64,000 nt of DNA from Alphaproteobacteria bacterium (GTDB lineage Bacteria > Pseudomonadota > Alphaproteobacteria > CALKHQ01): contig CBDDFZ010000001.1 in NCBI GenBank assembly GCA_965227515.1, positions 960,001-1,024,000 on the forward strand. The letters run 5' to 3'. Below, in pieces: positions 19,793-29,375 of the stretch. The notes under the pieces were generated by a model, which searched no databases, had not been told where the DNA came from, and saw nothing but the letters and a program-made list of their open reading frames with translations. Made by a program: the position numbers and the translations under genes. Positions within the stretch are counted from its first letter, which is position 1. Every line of letters begins with the position of its first letter.

Positions 19793-19852
19793 GTCGTGCT
19801 GGGATCGGTTGTACTGGGATCAGCCGTGCTTGGATCAGTCGTATTGGGACTG
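19793..19852. repeat. Four degenerate 15-bp tandem units spanning the stop codon of a lipoprotein gene
   Basis: GTCGTGCTGGGATCG / GTTGTACTGGGATCA / GCCGTGCTTGGATCA / GTCGTATTGGGACTG. Confidence 0.8.
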
Positions 19853-20068
19853 ATCGTAGATGTAGCCCGCGGCCGCGCCCACGCCGGCGCCGATCAGGCC
19901 ACCGGCCACCGGGTTGCCGTCGGTCAGTGCCGCACCGGCCGCGCCGACGCCGGCGCCGAGCGCGCCGCCGGACAGCACGCGCTGCTCGGTGTTGTTCAGG
20001 CCAGCGCAACCGGCCAGGCCAAGGGCGAGGATCGTCGCGGGCAGAACGAAGTTGAAGCGGCTCTTCAT
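19835..20068 (-). CDS. Small glycine-zipper (YMGG-like) lipoprotein
   Basis: AGGAGG RBS; lipobox LAGC; EQRVLSGGALGAGVGA. Confidence 0.85.
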   Translation of the reverse strand: MKSRFNFVLPATILALGLAGCAGLNNTEQRVLSGGALGAGVGAAGAALTDGNPVAGGLIGAGVGAAAGYIYDQSQYD

Positions 20069-20260
20069 GACAACCTCCTGAACGATGGTCTTCATCGCGG
20101 AAAGTGTCCGCTAAGTCGTCCCAAGATCAATTGGGGCCATTCTGGGCTATTTCAAGGCAGGATTGTGCCGATGCATTAATTGTTCGACATGAACCCGTAA
20201 TGATCGTCCGTCGATCAGCATCCACGAGACTGTCGACCGGCACACAGGCCTTGCTACGCC

Positions 20261-20494
20261 CTAGTCGTCGTCCAACTGATCGACGACATAGCCGGCCGCG
20301 GCACCCACCACGCCGCCGACCACGGCACCGCAGGTGATGCAGCCACCGGTCAGCGCGGTGCCGATGACGCCGGCGCCGGCGCCGAGCGCGCCGCCCGAGA
20401 GCACGCGTTCTTCGGTGGAATCAAGCCCGGCGCAGCCTGATACAAGCAGGGTTGCAACCACGGCACCCGTCAAAGGGGCGAACAGCCTTGGCAT
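20261..20494 (-). CDS. Small glycine-zipper lipoprotein, paralog of 19835-20068
   Basis: AGGAG RBS; lipobox VSGC; EERVLSGGALGAGAG; CITC in the hairpin turn. Confidence 0.85.
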   Translation of the reverse strand: MPRLFAPLTGAVVATLLVSGCAGLDSTEERVLSGGALGAGAGVIGTALTGGCITCGAVVGGVVGAAAGYVVDQLDDD

Positions 20495-20731
20495 CGGAAT
20501 CTCCTGGTCAAAACGGTGCGCGCACACCCCCGCTATCGTCGACCCCACATCACATTAACAATAACTCATAGTCAACTGCGATTCAAAGATTATTTCATTC
20601 TGCACCGTGGATGTCCCGTTACCGGTTGTCCATGATGGCCGCGCGCCGACACAGGCCGATCGGCCTGGGCGTGATCGGTCATACGTGGCATGATCGACCG
20701 CAACAATCGACAAGACCCGAGGAAACCGACC

Positions 20732-21598
20732 ATGGCACGTCCGTTGCCAATCGCCATTGCGCAATTCCTGGCCGTCGACGGCGACAAGGCCGGCAATCTG
20801 GCCAAGGCGCTGGATGCCATCGACACCGCGGCGGACAACGGCGCGCGCCTGGTCGTGCTGCCGGAACTGTTCACTGGCCTGGGCTATCGCGACGAGGGCT
20901 CGTACCGCACCGAACTTGCCGAGCCCATTCCCGGCCCGATCTTCGAGGCGCTGGCGGCACGTGCCCACCAGCACGGTGTCTACGTCACCGGCAGCTACTA
21001 CGAGGTCCGCGACGGCGCCTACCACAACGCCGCGCCGCTGATCGGGCCGGACGGCGGCCTGATCGGCATCTATCGCAAGACCCACCTGTTCGACGTGCCC
21101 AACCGGGTCGACATTCCGCCCGGCATCATCGAATCGCGCAAGGTCGCGCCGGGCCGGGAACTGCCGGTGTTCGATACCGACTTCGGGCGCATCGGCATCA
21201 CCATCTGCGCCGACCTGCGCTTCGGCGAGGTCTATCGCGCGATGGCGCTGAAGGGCGCGACCGCCATCCTGTGCATCTCCGCCTTCCTCAGCCCCAGGCT
21301 CGACCACTGGGAGTTCCTGCTGCGCGCCCGCGCCACCGACAACCAGGTCTGGATGATCGCCAGCGGCCAGGTCGGCAAGGACGCCACTTCCGGTGTCGCG
21401 TTCGCCGGCCGGTCGATGGTTGTCGACCCATGGGGCGTGGTCACCGCCACCGCCAGCGACGATGAGACCACCGTGCAGTCGACCGTCGATCTCGACTATG
21501 TGGACGTGATCAGGGGGCGCTGGAACCTGTTGGCGCAGCGCCGGCCGGAGCTCTATGGCGACGACACGGCGGGCGGCAGGGCCGAAGCCGCGGAGTAG
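20732..21598 (+). CDS. Carbon-nitrogen hydrolase (nitrilase/Nit family)
   Basis: Catalytic triad motifs LPE, YRKTHLF and ICADLRF; RRPELY. Confidence 0.93.
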   Translation: MARPLPIAIAQFLAVDGDKAGNLAKALDAIDTAADNGARLVVLPELFTGLGYRDEGSYRTELAEPIPGPIFEALAARAHQHGVYVTGSYYEVRDGAYHNAAPLIGPDGGLIGIYRKTHLFDVPNRVDIPPGIIESRKVAPGRELPVFDTDFGRIGITICADLRFGEVYRAMALKGATAILCISAFLSPRLDHWEFLLRARATDNQVWMIASGQVGKDATSGVAFAGRSMVVDPWGVVTATASDDETTVQSTVDLDYVDVIRGRWNLLAQRRPELYGDDTAGGRAEAAE

Positions 21599-21620
21599 GC
21601 GGGGCCGGCGCGTTTCCAGG

Positions 21621-21634
21621 TAACTATGCAGTTA
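21621..21634. promoter_or_regulatory. Palindromic candidate operator upstream of the aldo/keto reductase
   Basis: TAACT-ATGC-AGTTA in an AT-rich patch. Confidence 0.35.
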
Positions 21635-21688
21635 ATTAGCGGCGTGCTAGGGTCCGTCCCAATCATCTGAATAAGGGGAGGGGATGCC

Positions 21689-22735
21689 ATGCAACCGACC
21701 GATCGGGTCAAGGTGGGCCACGGCGATCTGGAGGTGACCGCACTATCGTTCGGGGCGGCCCCCATCGGCAATTTCGTGCGCGAGATGAGCGAGGAGGATG
21801 CCGGCGCGTTGGTCGCGCGTGCCTGGGATGTGGGCCTGCGCTACTTCGACACCGCCCCCTACTACGGCCATGGACTGTCGGAACTGCGCACCGGCCAGGG
21901 GCTGCGCTGGAAGAATCGCGACGACTATGTCGTGTCCTCGAAAGTCGGGCGGCTGCTGAAGCCGGCGCCGCGCGGCGCGATCGACTTCACCCCTTGGGCC
22001 AATGCGGGCGCCTTTCGCTGCGCGTTCGACTATTCCTACGATGGCACCATGCGCTCTATCGAGGACTCCCTGCAACGGCTGGCGCTGGAGCGCATCGACA
22101 TCGCCTTCATCCACGACTGCGATCACTTCACCCACGGCGACCGGGCCGAAGAGATGTTCGAGGCCGCGATGAAAGGTGCCGCCCCGGCCCTGCTCAAGCT
22201 ACGCGACGAGGGCGTGGTCAAGGCGGTCGGGCTGGGCATCAACGAGTGGCAGTTGTGCGAGGAGTCGCTGAAGCGCCACGACCTGGACTGCTTCCTGCTC
22301 GCCGGGCGCTACACGCTGCTGGAGCAGGAGTCGCTCGACGGCTTCATGCCGCTGTGCGAGGCGCGCAATGCCTCCGTCGTCATCGGCGGCGGCTTCAACT
22401 CTGGCATCCTGGCCAAGGGCACCATCGAGGGCGCGCGCTACAACTATGCACCGGCGCCGCCGGAGGTGATGGACAAGGCGGCCAGGATCGAGGCGGTTTG
22501 CAGGGTCCACCAAGTCCCGCTGGGGGCCGCGGCCATGCAGTTCGTGATGGCACACCCGGCGGTCTCGTCGTTCATCGCCGGCGTGCGCACCGTCGCGCAA
22601 CTCGACCAGAACGTCGAATGGTTCAGCCACCCGATCCCGGGCGAGATTGTGGACGGAACTGAAGGCGCAAGGCCTGGTGCGGGAGGATGCGCCGACGCCG
22701 TGAGGCGTCTTCGGGCCAGCCGGTGCCGGACCTGA
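21689..22735 (+). CDS. Aldo/keto reductase (D-threo-aldose 1-dehydrogenase-like) with an apparent frameshift near the C-terminus (family-type end at 22703)
   Basis: YFDTAPYYGHGLSE, FDYSYDG and LLAGRYTLLEQ; the family-type tail LWTELKAQGLVREDAPTP* lies in the +1 frame from 22647. Confidence 0.9.
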   Translation: MQPTDRVKVGHGDLEVTALSFGAAPIGNFVREMSEEDAGALVARAWDVGLRYFDTAPYYGHGLSELRTGQGLRWKNRDDYVVSSKVGRLLKPAPRGAIDFTPWANAGAFRCAFDYSYDGTMRSIEDSLQRLALERIDIAFIHDCDHFTHGDRAEEMFEAAMKGAAPALLKLRDEGVVKAVGLGINEWQLCEESLKRHDLDCFLLAGRYTLLEQESLDGFMPLCEARNASVVIGGGFNSGILAKGTIEGARYNYAPAPPEVMDKAARIEAVCRVHQVPLGAAAMQFVMAHPAVSSFIAGVRTVAQLDQNVEWFSHPIPGEIVDGTEGARPGAGGCADAVRRLRASRCRT

Positions 22736-22759
22736 CGCGCCTTGGAGGTTAGCGGGGCT

Positions 22760-23131
22760 TCAGAGGTTGGCCGGGTCGGTCTCGACCCAGATTTCGAACT
22801 CGTCGCGGCAATAGATCTCGACCTCCACGCTCGCCTCCGGGCTCGGCTGGTAGGTCGTATCGCGGCAGAATTCGCCGGCCCCATTCTGCGTCGTGGTCAA
22901 GATGGTGATCCGCGAGACCTCCTCGGTCTCCGGGTCCATCCACTCAAGCGCTTCGCCGTCCGGCAGGTACTCCAGCGCGCGCTGGGTCGAGACCGCGCGC
23001 GCATCTTCCGTGCTGGAGGCGGCCCCGAAAGGGTCGCCGAACAGGGCACATCCGGCAATGGTGTGGACAAGAACACCGGCCGGCGCCAAGCGCAGCCAGA
23101 ACCGGCTCGAGGCGGCAAATTGCATCAACAT
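22760..23131 (-). CDS. Putative lipoprotein with a 17 kDa-antigen-like C-terminal domain
   Basis: Lipobox IAGC; QRALE..PDG...EW.DPET, FCRD and YCRD...W. Confidence 0.7.
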   Translation of the reverse strand: MLMQFAASSRFWLRLAPAGVLVHTIAGCALFGDPFGAASSTEDARAVSTQRALEYLPDGEALEWMDPETEEVSRITILTTTQNGAGEFCRDTTYQPSPEASVEVEIYCRDEFEIWVETDPANL

Positions 23132-23194
23132 ATGAACGCGTCTCTACAAGGCTTCGGTTGGTTTCAACGCAGTGCTCTGGCTACCTCAACGCGG

Positions 23195-23209
23195 TTAATC
23201 AACGGCTAA
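23195..23209. promoter_or_regulatory. Near-consensus CtrA box
   Basis: TTAA-TCAACGG-CTAA upstream of the 22760-23131 gene. Confidence 0.35.
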
Positions 23210-23279
23210 GCCATGCATCGCAGCGGGTCCGCAACGCCAGGGCCTGGGCGTCCTGGAACATCCTTCATCGGCCCCGCCG

Positions 23280-25553
23280 TCATGCGATCGCCCGGGAAGG
23301 GAACTGATCCCTGGCGGCATCCGGATCGGCCAGCCGCAGTGCCAGCGTCACCGTCGTGCCAGAGCCGGGCTGCGAGGTGATCGTCACCCGGCCGCCGTGC
23401 CGCTCCACGCACGACCGCGTCACGTTCAGGCCGATCCCCATGCCGCCGTGATGCCGCGACGTTGCGGCTTCCAGCTGCCCGAATGGCCGCAGCACCTGTT
23501 CGATTTCTTCGGCGGTCATGCCGGGGCCACGGTCGCTGACGGCGATCTGCACTGTCGGCTCGTCATCGGTCACCGCCGCCGAGACCACCACCTCGCCGCC
23601 GGGTTTGCTGAACTGCACCGCATTGCGGATCACGTGCATCAGCGCGCGTCCCAGTTCTTCGGGCGTACCGAGCACCAACAACGCGCATACGCGATCGCTG
23701 GCTCGGTCCACCAATAATGAAACGTCGCGGGACTCGGCCATGGTCAGCAGGTTGGACCTGGCGGCGTCGAGAATGGCGCCGACGGCAATGCGCGGGACGT
23801 CCGCCCCCGTCGCATGCTGGCCAGCCTGGGCGATATTCAAGATGTCGGTGACGATTTCGAGCAGGTTGTCGGACGCCGTCTCGATATGAGCGACATAGTC
23901 GCGCTGCTGCTCGGACAGCGCGCCCGCTATCCCGCTCTCCAGCAACGAGGTGAAACCCTTGATGTGGTTCAGCGGTGTGCGCAGCTCATGGCTGGCCGTG
24001 GCCAGGAAGTCGGCCTTCGACCGCTCCGCCTCCACCTGGGATTCCAGGGCAAATCGGCGCATGGTCTCCAGGCGCCGTTTCTCGCTGACGTCGCGGAACA
24101 GGAACACATAGTGCCGGTCGCGTGAGATTTCGCGGCCAGGCTGCTGCTCCGCTTCGATGCTGGCCAGGGCCAGTTCCAGATCCAGGTCGGAGCCGTCGGC
24201 GTGGGTGCCGGTCACATCCACCGGGTAGCGGGTCCTCGGCACATCGCTGCCGGTCCGAACCATGGCAAGCAAGGCGGCGAGGAATGGATCGGCCGGGCTG
24301 ATCAGCGAGACGGCGTCACGCCCGGCCAGATCGTCCAGTTCCCGGCCGAACACGGCAAGGCATGCCGGGTTGGCAATCAGGACGACCCCGTGCCGATCCG
24401 TGATCAGCACAGCGTCGATGCTGGTGTCGACCACGCTGCGCAGCAGGGCCTGGCGGCGCGCGACCTCGCGATTCTGCTCGGCGATGCGCCGCGACTGCGC
24501 TTGCATGTGGCGCCCGGCCTGCACGGCATAAGCCACCAGCAGCGACACCATCACCGGCGCCAGATCGAGCTTCAGCGACCAGATCGCATAGAGCAACTCG
24601 GCCAACACGAACAGCCCGGCAATCTGCAGCACTGCGGGGACCAGGGCATCGATCAGCCCCTGCTCACGCTGCAGGCCCGGGGCCGCGGCCGCCACCAGGC
24701 AGAGCGCAAGCACGAACCAGAGGGCGTCCAAGGCGCTGACGGTACGGCCTTGGGCCAGACTCTCGTATCCGGTCGCGATGACCAAGGGGCCGGGGAGATT
24801 GCCCCACCGCGGCACGGTCAGCATGTCGCCAAGTTCGATCGCCGAGGCGCCGACCAGGACCGAACGGCCTTGCACGATCGCCGGGTCGAACTGCCCGGTA
24901 AGCACATCGGCGAACGACACACGCGGCAGCGTGCGGATGTCGATGGCGAAGTCGATCAGGAAGGTCTCGGCCGTGTCCGGCGGCACACCGCCCAACAGCG
25001 CCGTGGCCATGCTCGGCACCGTCTGCCCGTCAATTCTTTCCACCGTGTTCATACTGCGGACGATGCCATCGCCGTCGGGGCGCACGTTGATCGATGCCAG
25101 ATTGGCATCGCGCATCAAGGCGGGAATCGGCCGGTCGACCACTGTGTCGAAGCCGCCTTCCGGTCGCGGGACTGGCTGCCGGAATATGGGCAGGATCAAC
25201 CGGTCGCCCGCGCGCGCGGCGGCGGCCGCCAGCAGATTGTCGTGGGCTTCGACCGACGGACTGGAGAAGCTGACGTCGAAGGCTATGCGCTCCGCCCCGG
25301 CTTCCAACAAGCGATCCAGCACAATGGCATGGTGGCCGCGCGGCCAGGGCCACTGCTCCAACCGTTGCAGGCTCGGCGCATCGATCTCCACGATCACCAG
25401 GTTGCCGCCGGCGGCAACGTCTTGCGTACGCATGCGCAGGTCGTGCAGCCCGTTGTCGACCAGACGAAATCCGCCGAATGCATAGACCGCCACTGCCAGC
25501 ACCGCGATGGCGATGACTTCACCGAACCAGCAGCATGTTCGCTTAGTCACCAA
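23280..25553 (-). CDS. CHASE2-PAS sensor histidine kinase
   Basis: IVEID..SL..LEQWPWPR and IAFDV CHASE2 motifs; three TM helices; PAS; H-box SHELRTPL; DRGPG and GGMGIGL. Confidence 0.93.
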   Translation of the reverse strand: MVTKRTCCWFGEVIAIAVLAVAVYAFGGFRLVDNGLHDLRMRTQDVAAGGNLVIVEIDAPSLQRLEQWPWPRGHHAIVLDRLLEAGAERIAFDVSFSSPSVEAHDNLLAAAAARAGDRLILPIFRQPVPRPEGGFDTVVDRPIPALMRDANLASINVRPDGDGIVRSMNTVERIDGQTVPSMATALLGGVPPDTAETFLIDFAIDIRTLPRVSFADVLTGQFDPAIVQGRSVLVGASAIELGDMLTVPRWGNLPGPLVIATGYESLAQGRTVSALDALWFVLALCLVAAAAPGLQREQGLIDALVPAVLQIAGLFVLAELLYAIWSLKLDLAPVMVSLLVAYAVQAGRHMQAQSRRIAEQNREVARRQALLRSVVDTSIDAVLITDRHGVVLIANPACLAVFGRELDDLAGRDAVSLISPADPFLAALLAMVRTGSDVPRTRYPVDVTGTHADGSDLDLELALASIEAEQQPGREISRDRHYVFLFRDVSEKRRLETMRRFALESQVEAERSKADFLATASHELRTPLNHIKGFTSLLESGIAGALSEQQRDYVAHIETASDNLLEIVTDILNIAQAGQHATGADVPRIAVGAILDAARSNLLTMAESRDVSLLVDRASDRVCALLVLGTPEELGRALMHVIRNAVQFSKPGGEVVVSAAVTDDEPTVQIAVSDRGPGMTAEEIEQVLRPFGQLEAATSRHHGGMGIGLNVTRSCVERHGGRVTITSQPGSGTTVTLALRLADPDAARDQFPSRAIA

Positions 25554-25646
25554 TTCGTGTATCCATCAACAACGCTGGCCATGAAATTGCCCGATGCCGG
25601 CGGCGCTGCGCTTGCGCGGCACCCGAAACCGTCCGCTTGACTGTGA

Positions 25647-25664
25647 TGTTACGGATATCTAACA
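25647..25664. promoter_or_regulatory. Palindrome in the divergent promoter region of the CHASE2 kinase and FecR genes
   Basis: TGTTA-CGGATATC-TAACA. Confidence 0.4.
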
Positions 25665-25763
25665 AATTTGAAATGATCTCGCTTTGATAAGGGGCCGACT
25701 TGGTATTTCTGTGTGCGTGACCCGGCCTCGGTTCGGTTGGGTATGTCATTGGGAACTCTTGGC

Positions 25764-26723
25764 ATGAGACTGGAAAACATTCGGTTACTGTCGGTGCGAG
25801 CGTTGTGCATCGTGGCCGCGACAACGTCGGCGGCAACGATAGCCGCCGCCGATCCCGCAGTGGTGGAGGACACCGACTACTGGCGTGTGGTCGAGGTAAC
25901 CGGGACCGCGGTAATGCAGGCCGGCGCGAATCCGTGGAACGAAGCGACGCCGCTCAAAGCTGGCGATGTGGTCGGCCCGTATCAGTCGATTGCCACCGAG
26001 GCGGACGGCACGGCCGTTCTGACGCGCGGCGAGGACGTGATCGTCGTCTATCCCGGCACGTCGATCGCGCTGCCCGCGCCAGCCGCCGACCAGACGGAGA
26101 CCCACATCCTGCAGCCCTCGGGCCAGGCGTTCTATTCGGTCGACCCGCGGCCGGAGCCCGAGTTCACGGTCGAGACGCCATATTTGATCGCCGGCGTGAA
26201 GGGCACCGAGTTCGCCCTGACCGAGAACGGCGCCGTGCTGGAGGTTGCCGAGGGCGTCGTCGGCGCGGCCAACCGGGGCAGCGGCGCCCAGACCGATGTG
26301 CCGGCGGGCCGCACCGTTGACGGAGCTGCCAGCGGCCAGCCGTTCACGGCAGCCGCACTGAACCCCGCGGCGGCCGCACAGTGGAGCGCCCTCAGCGAAC
26401 AATTGGAAGCCACGGCCGACGCGCGCGCCGATGCCGTCTCGGACTTTGTTGAGGTCGAAACCGAAACCGTATCTCCGGGCAACAGCAACGGAGCCGGCAA
26501 CAGCGGCAACAGCAACGCTGGAGGTAACAGCGGCAACAGCAATGCCGGTGGCAACAGCAACGGTAACGGCAACAGCGGCAATAGCAACGCCGGTGGCAAC
26601 CGTGGCAACAGCAACGCTGGCGGCAACAGTGGCAACAGCAACGCTGGCGGCAACAGCAACGGAAACGGCAACAGCGGAAACAGTAATGCCGGCGGCAATG
26701 GGAACGGGAACGGCAACAACTAA
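25764..26723 (+). CDS. Exported FecR-domain protein with a Gly/Asn/Ser repeat tail
   Basis: Signal peptide; FTVETPYLIAGVKGTEF and V.EGVV FecR motifs; low-complexity C-terminus. Confidence 0.88.
   Translation: MRLENIRLLSVRALCIVAATTSAATIAAADPAVVEDTDYWRVVEVTGTAVMQAGANPWNEATPLKAGDVVGPYQSIATEADGTAVLTRGEDVIVVYPGTSIALPAPAADQTETHILQPSGQAFYSVDPRPEPEFTVETPYLIAGVKGTEFALTENGAVLEVAEGVVGAANRGSGAQTDVPAGRTVDGAASGQPFTAAALNPAAAAQWSALSEQLEATADARADAVSDFVEVETETVSPGNSNGAGNSGNSNAGGNSGNSNAGGNSNGNGNSGNSNAGGNRGNSNAGGNSGNSNAGGNSNGNGNSGNSNAGGNGNGNGNN
26478..26720 (+). repeat. Coding tandem repeat: six GN(S/R)GNSNAG units plus GNSNGN spacers
   Basis: Directly visible in both translation and DNA; synonymous codons differ between units. 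Confidence 0.95.
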
Positions 26724-26812
26724 TCTGGATTCGGCTTAGGCCGAACCTGAGCTTGCCGCCTGCGTCGACATTGCCGAGGCGCCCGTTCCATCACCGCTTC
26801 GTCCTGGTACCT

Positions 26813-28048
26813 CTACACTGAAATCGGGTGGCGCGCCGGTGAGTGCACGTGCTCCGGCCGCACGCCGAGCCCGACGAGCGCCGCGAGCTTGCCCTGCAGC
26901 CAGGGCACATGGGCGATGATCCGGAACGGTAGCGGTGGCTTCGGCGCCTCGCCGCGCGCCGCCAGGATCGGTGCCAGAATGCGCTTCTGCGCCTGCACCT
27001 GCATGAACTGGGTCGCCTTCACCGGCCACAGACGGCGCTTGCGCAGATCGGGCAGGTCGTCGTCTGTCAGGGCGCCGTCGGCCAGCTTGGCCGCGAACAG
27101 GTTGGCGGCGGCCACCGCGTCCTGGATCGCCAGGTTGATGCCGACCCCGCCGACCGGCGACATGGCGTGCGCGCTGTCGCCGATCATCACCAGGCCCGGC
27201 AGCGCCCACTGGCGCAGACGGTCGATCCGCACCGTCAGCAGCTTGACGTCGTCAAAGCTCTCGACCGCGTCGATGGTCTTGGCCAGATGCGCAGACGTCC
27301 GCGCCACCACGTCGTGAAACGCGGCAATGCCCTTCGCGCGCTCCGCCTCGGCGCCGCCCTTCGCGATCACGAACGCGCACTGGAAATAGTCGCCCCGGTC
27401 GAGGCTGATGACGATGTGGCCGGCGCCGGCATTGAACAGCGTCGACTCCGTCGCACCCGGCGGTTTCGGCACCTTGAACCAGAGCACGTCGATCGGTGCG
27501 CCGATGTCCTCGACCGCCAGGCCGGCCTTTTCGCGCACCGTCGAATGGCGGCCGTCCGCGCCGAGCACCAGCTTGGCGCTGACCTCAAGCGGACCGTCCG
27601 GGGTCGTCGCCTTGACACCGGTCACCCGGCCATCCGCACGCGCCAAGTCTTGCACTTCCGCGTTCATCTCGATGGAGAAGGTGGGCAGCGACGACGCCGC
27701 GGAGACCAGGAAATCGAGGAAGTGCCATTGCGGCATCAGGGCGATGAAGCGGCAGGTCGCCTTCAGGCGCGAGAAGTCGGTCATCTCGAACCGTTGGTCG
27801 CCGATCACGCCGCCCAGCCGCTCCACGCGCTGGTGCGGCCGCTGCAGGAAGCCGTCGAGGATGCCGAGCTCGTGCATCACCTCCAGGGTCGACGGATGCA
27901 CCGTGTCGCCCCGGAAATCGCGCAGGAAGTCACCGTGCTTCTCCAACACCAGGGTGCGGCACCCGGCGCGCGCGAACAGCAGGCCGGCCATCACGCCGGC
28001 GGGTCCGCCACCGGCAACGCAGCAGTCGACTTCGATGTGACGTGTCAT
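26813..28048 (-). CDS. FAD-dependent oxidoreductase (UbiH-like monooxygenase family)
   Basis: GGGPAG, DFLRDFRGDTVHP, GADGRHS and IGDSAHAMSPVGGVGINLAIQDA. Confidence 0.92.
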   Translation of the reverse strand: MTRHIEVDCCVAGGGPAGVMAGLLFARAGCRTLVLEKHGDFLRDFRGDTVHPSTLEVMHELGILDGFLQRPHQRVERLGGVIGDQRFEMTDFSRLKATCRFIALMPQWHFLDFLVSAASSLPTFSIEMNAEVQDLARADGRVTGVKATTPDGPLEVSAKLVLGADGRHSTVREKAGLAVEDIGAPIDVLWFKVPKPPGATESTLFNAGAGHIVISLDRGDYFQCAFVIAKGGAEAERAKGIAAFHDVVARTSAHLAKTIDAVESFDDVKLLTVRIDRLRQWALPGLVMIGDSAHAMSPVGGVGINLAIQDAVAAANLFAAKLADGALTDDDLPDLRKRRLWPVKATQFMQVQAQKRILAPILAARGEAPKPPLPFRIIAHVPWLQGKLAALVGLGVRPEHVHSPARHPISV

Positions 28049-28098
28049 GTTGGTCCTCGCTCGACAGCGCAATGGCGCCGACGGTCAGGCCACCAGGG

Positions 28099-28461
28099 TC
28101 AGCCGTCGCGCATGTCGCACCAGGCGACGAAAATGGCACTCAGCTCGTCGCGCTTGGCTTCCAGGTCCTCCAGGCTCGCGACCTTGAAGCTGCGCGCCTC
28201 CTTGCTGTCCCCCTCCAGGTGCGGGAACGCGCCCGGGATCTCCGCGCCCTTATGGAACATCAGGCTGGCGTGCTTTTTCGCCTTCGGAAAGAAGCTGGCG
28301 ATGTTGCCCTTGTAGACGAAGGTGGGCGCCTGCCACTTGATGTCCTCGGTAATGCGCGCGTCGGCCGCCAGCGCCAGCTCGCGGATCGCGGCGACCACCT
28401 GCTTCATCGGGTTGTCATAGGCGTCCAGCCACGCATCGACGACCGGGTTCTTGTTCGCCAT
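28099..28461 (-). CDS. DUF1801 (YdhG-like) protein
   Basis: VDAWL, EDIKWQAPTF, LMFHKGA and LEGD. Confidence 0.85.
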   Translation of the reverse strand: MANKNPVVDAWLDAYDNPMKQVVAAIRELALAADARITEDIKWQAPTFVYKGNIASFFPKAKKHASLMFHKGAEIPGAFPHLEGDSKEARSFKVASLEDLEAKRDELSAIFVAWCDMRDG

Positions 28462-28595
28462 GGCCTCGCACTCCCGTACGGAATATTTTGGATCGAACGA
28501 TACACGATCCGGGCGGGAGGGTGCAGGCCGCCTTCGCCGCTCACAAGAAATTGGCCGCACGCATCGACGGCCCGCACGCCAAGGAGGACGCATCC

Positions 28596-29300
28596 ATGAC
28601 CGACGACAGGGTCGCCATCATCACCGCCGGCGGCACCGGCATGGGGGCTGCCGCCGCGAAGCGCCTGGCCGCCGACGGGCACAAGGTCGCGATCCTGTCG
28701 TCCTCCGGCAAGGGCGAGGCGCTGGCCAAGGAGCTGGGCGGCATCGGGGTGACCGGGTCGAACCAGTCGAACGACGACCTGGGCCGCCTGGTCGACGCGG
28801 TGCTCGACGCCTGGGGCCGCATCGACGTGCTGGTGAACAGCGCCGGCCACGGCCCGCGCGCGCCGGTGCTGGAGCTGACCGACGAGGACTGGTACCGCGG
28901 CATGGAGGTCTACTTCCTCAACGTGGTGCGCCCGACGAGGCTGGTGACGCCGGCGATGCAGGCCCAGAAGGGCGGCAGCATCGTCAACATCTCCACCTAC
29001 GCGGCCTACGAGCCCGACCACAAGTTCCCGACATCGGGCGTGTTCCGCGCCGGCCTGGGCGCGTTCGCCAAGCTGTTCGCCGACAAGTACGCCGCCGACA
29101 ATGTGCGCATGAACAACGTCCTGCCGGGCTTCATCGACAGCCGGCCGGAGAAGGAGGAGTTCCGCGTCACCATCCCGATGCAGCGCTACGGCCGCGCGGC
29201 GGAAATCGCCGATGTGGTGGCGTTCCTGGCCTCCGACGGCGCCGGCTACATCACCGGCCAGAATATCCGGGTCGACGGCGGGCTGACCCGGGCGGTGTAG
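28596..29300 (+). CDS. SDR family oxidoreductase
   Basis: TAGGTGMG, LVNSAGH, NNVLPG and YITGQNIRVDGG; AAGGAGG RBS. Confidence 0.92.
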   Translation: MTDDRVAIITAGGTGMGAAAAKRLAADGHKVAILSSSGKGEALAKELGGIGVTGSNQSNDDLGRLVDAVLDAWGRIDVLVNSAGHGPRAPVLELTDEDWYRGMEVYFLNVVRPTRLVTPAMQAQKGGSIVNISTYAAYEPDHKFPTSGVFRAGLGAFAKLFADKYAADNVRMNNVLPGFIDSRPEKEEFRVTIPMQRYGRAAEIADVVAFLASDGAGYITGQNIRVDGGLTRAV

Positions 29301-29375
29301 AAATGACGATCATGCGGTCGATGCCGCGACGTTGATGGGCAAACCGCGCGGAAAATCCCTATATGTGACCGCAAC

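Noticed and set aside
19793-19852. Possible mini-CRISPR or selenocysteine read-through at repeated TGA codons
   Set aside because: Units are 15 bp and contiguous with no spacers or cas genes; no SECIS-like context, and the TGA does not align with a Cys position.
26478-26720. Ice-nucleation or RTX calcium-binding repeats
   Set aside because: No AGYGSTxT octamers and no GGxGxD nonapeptides; the repeat contains no Asp or Thr.
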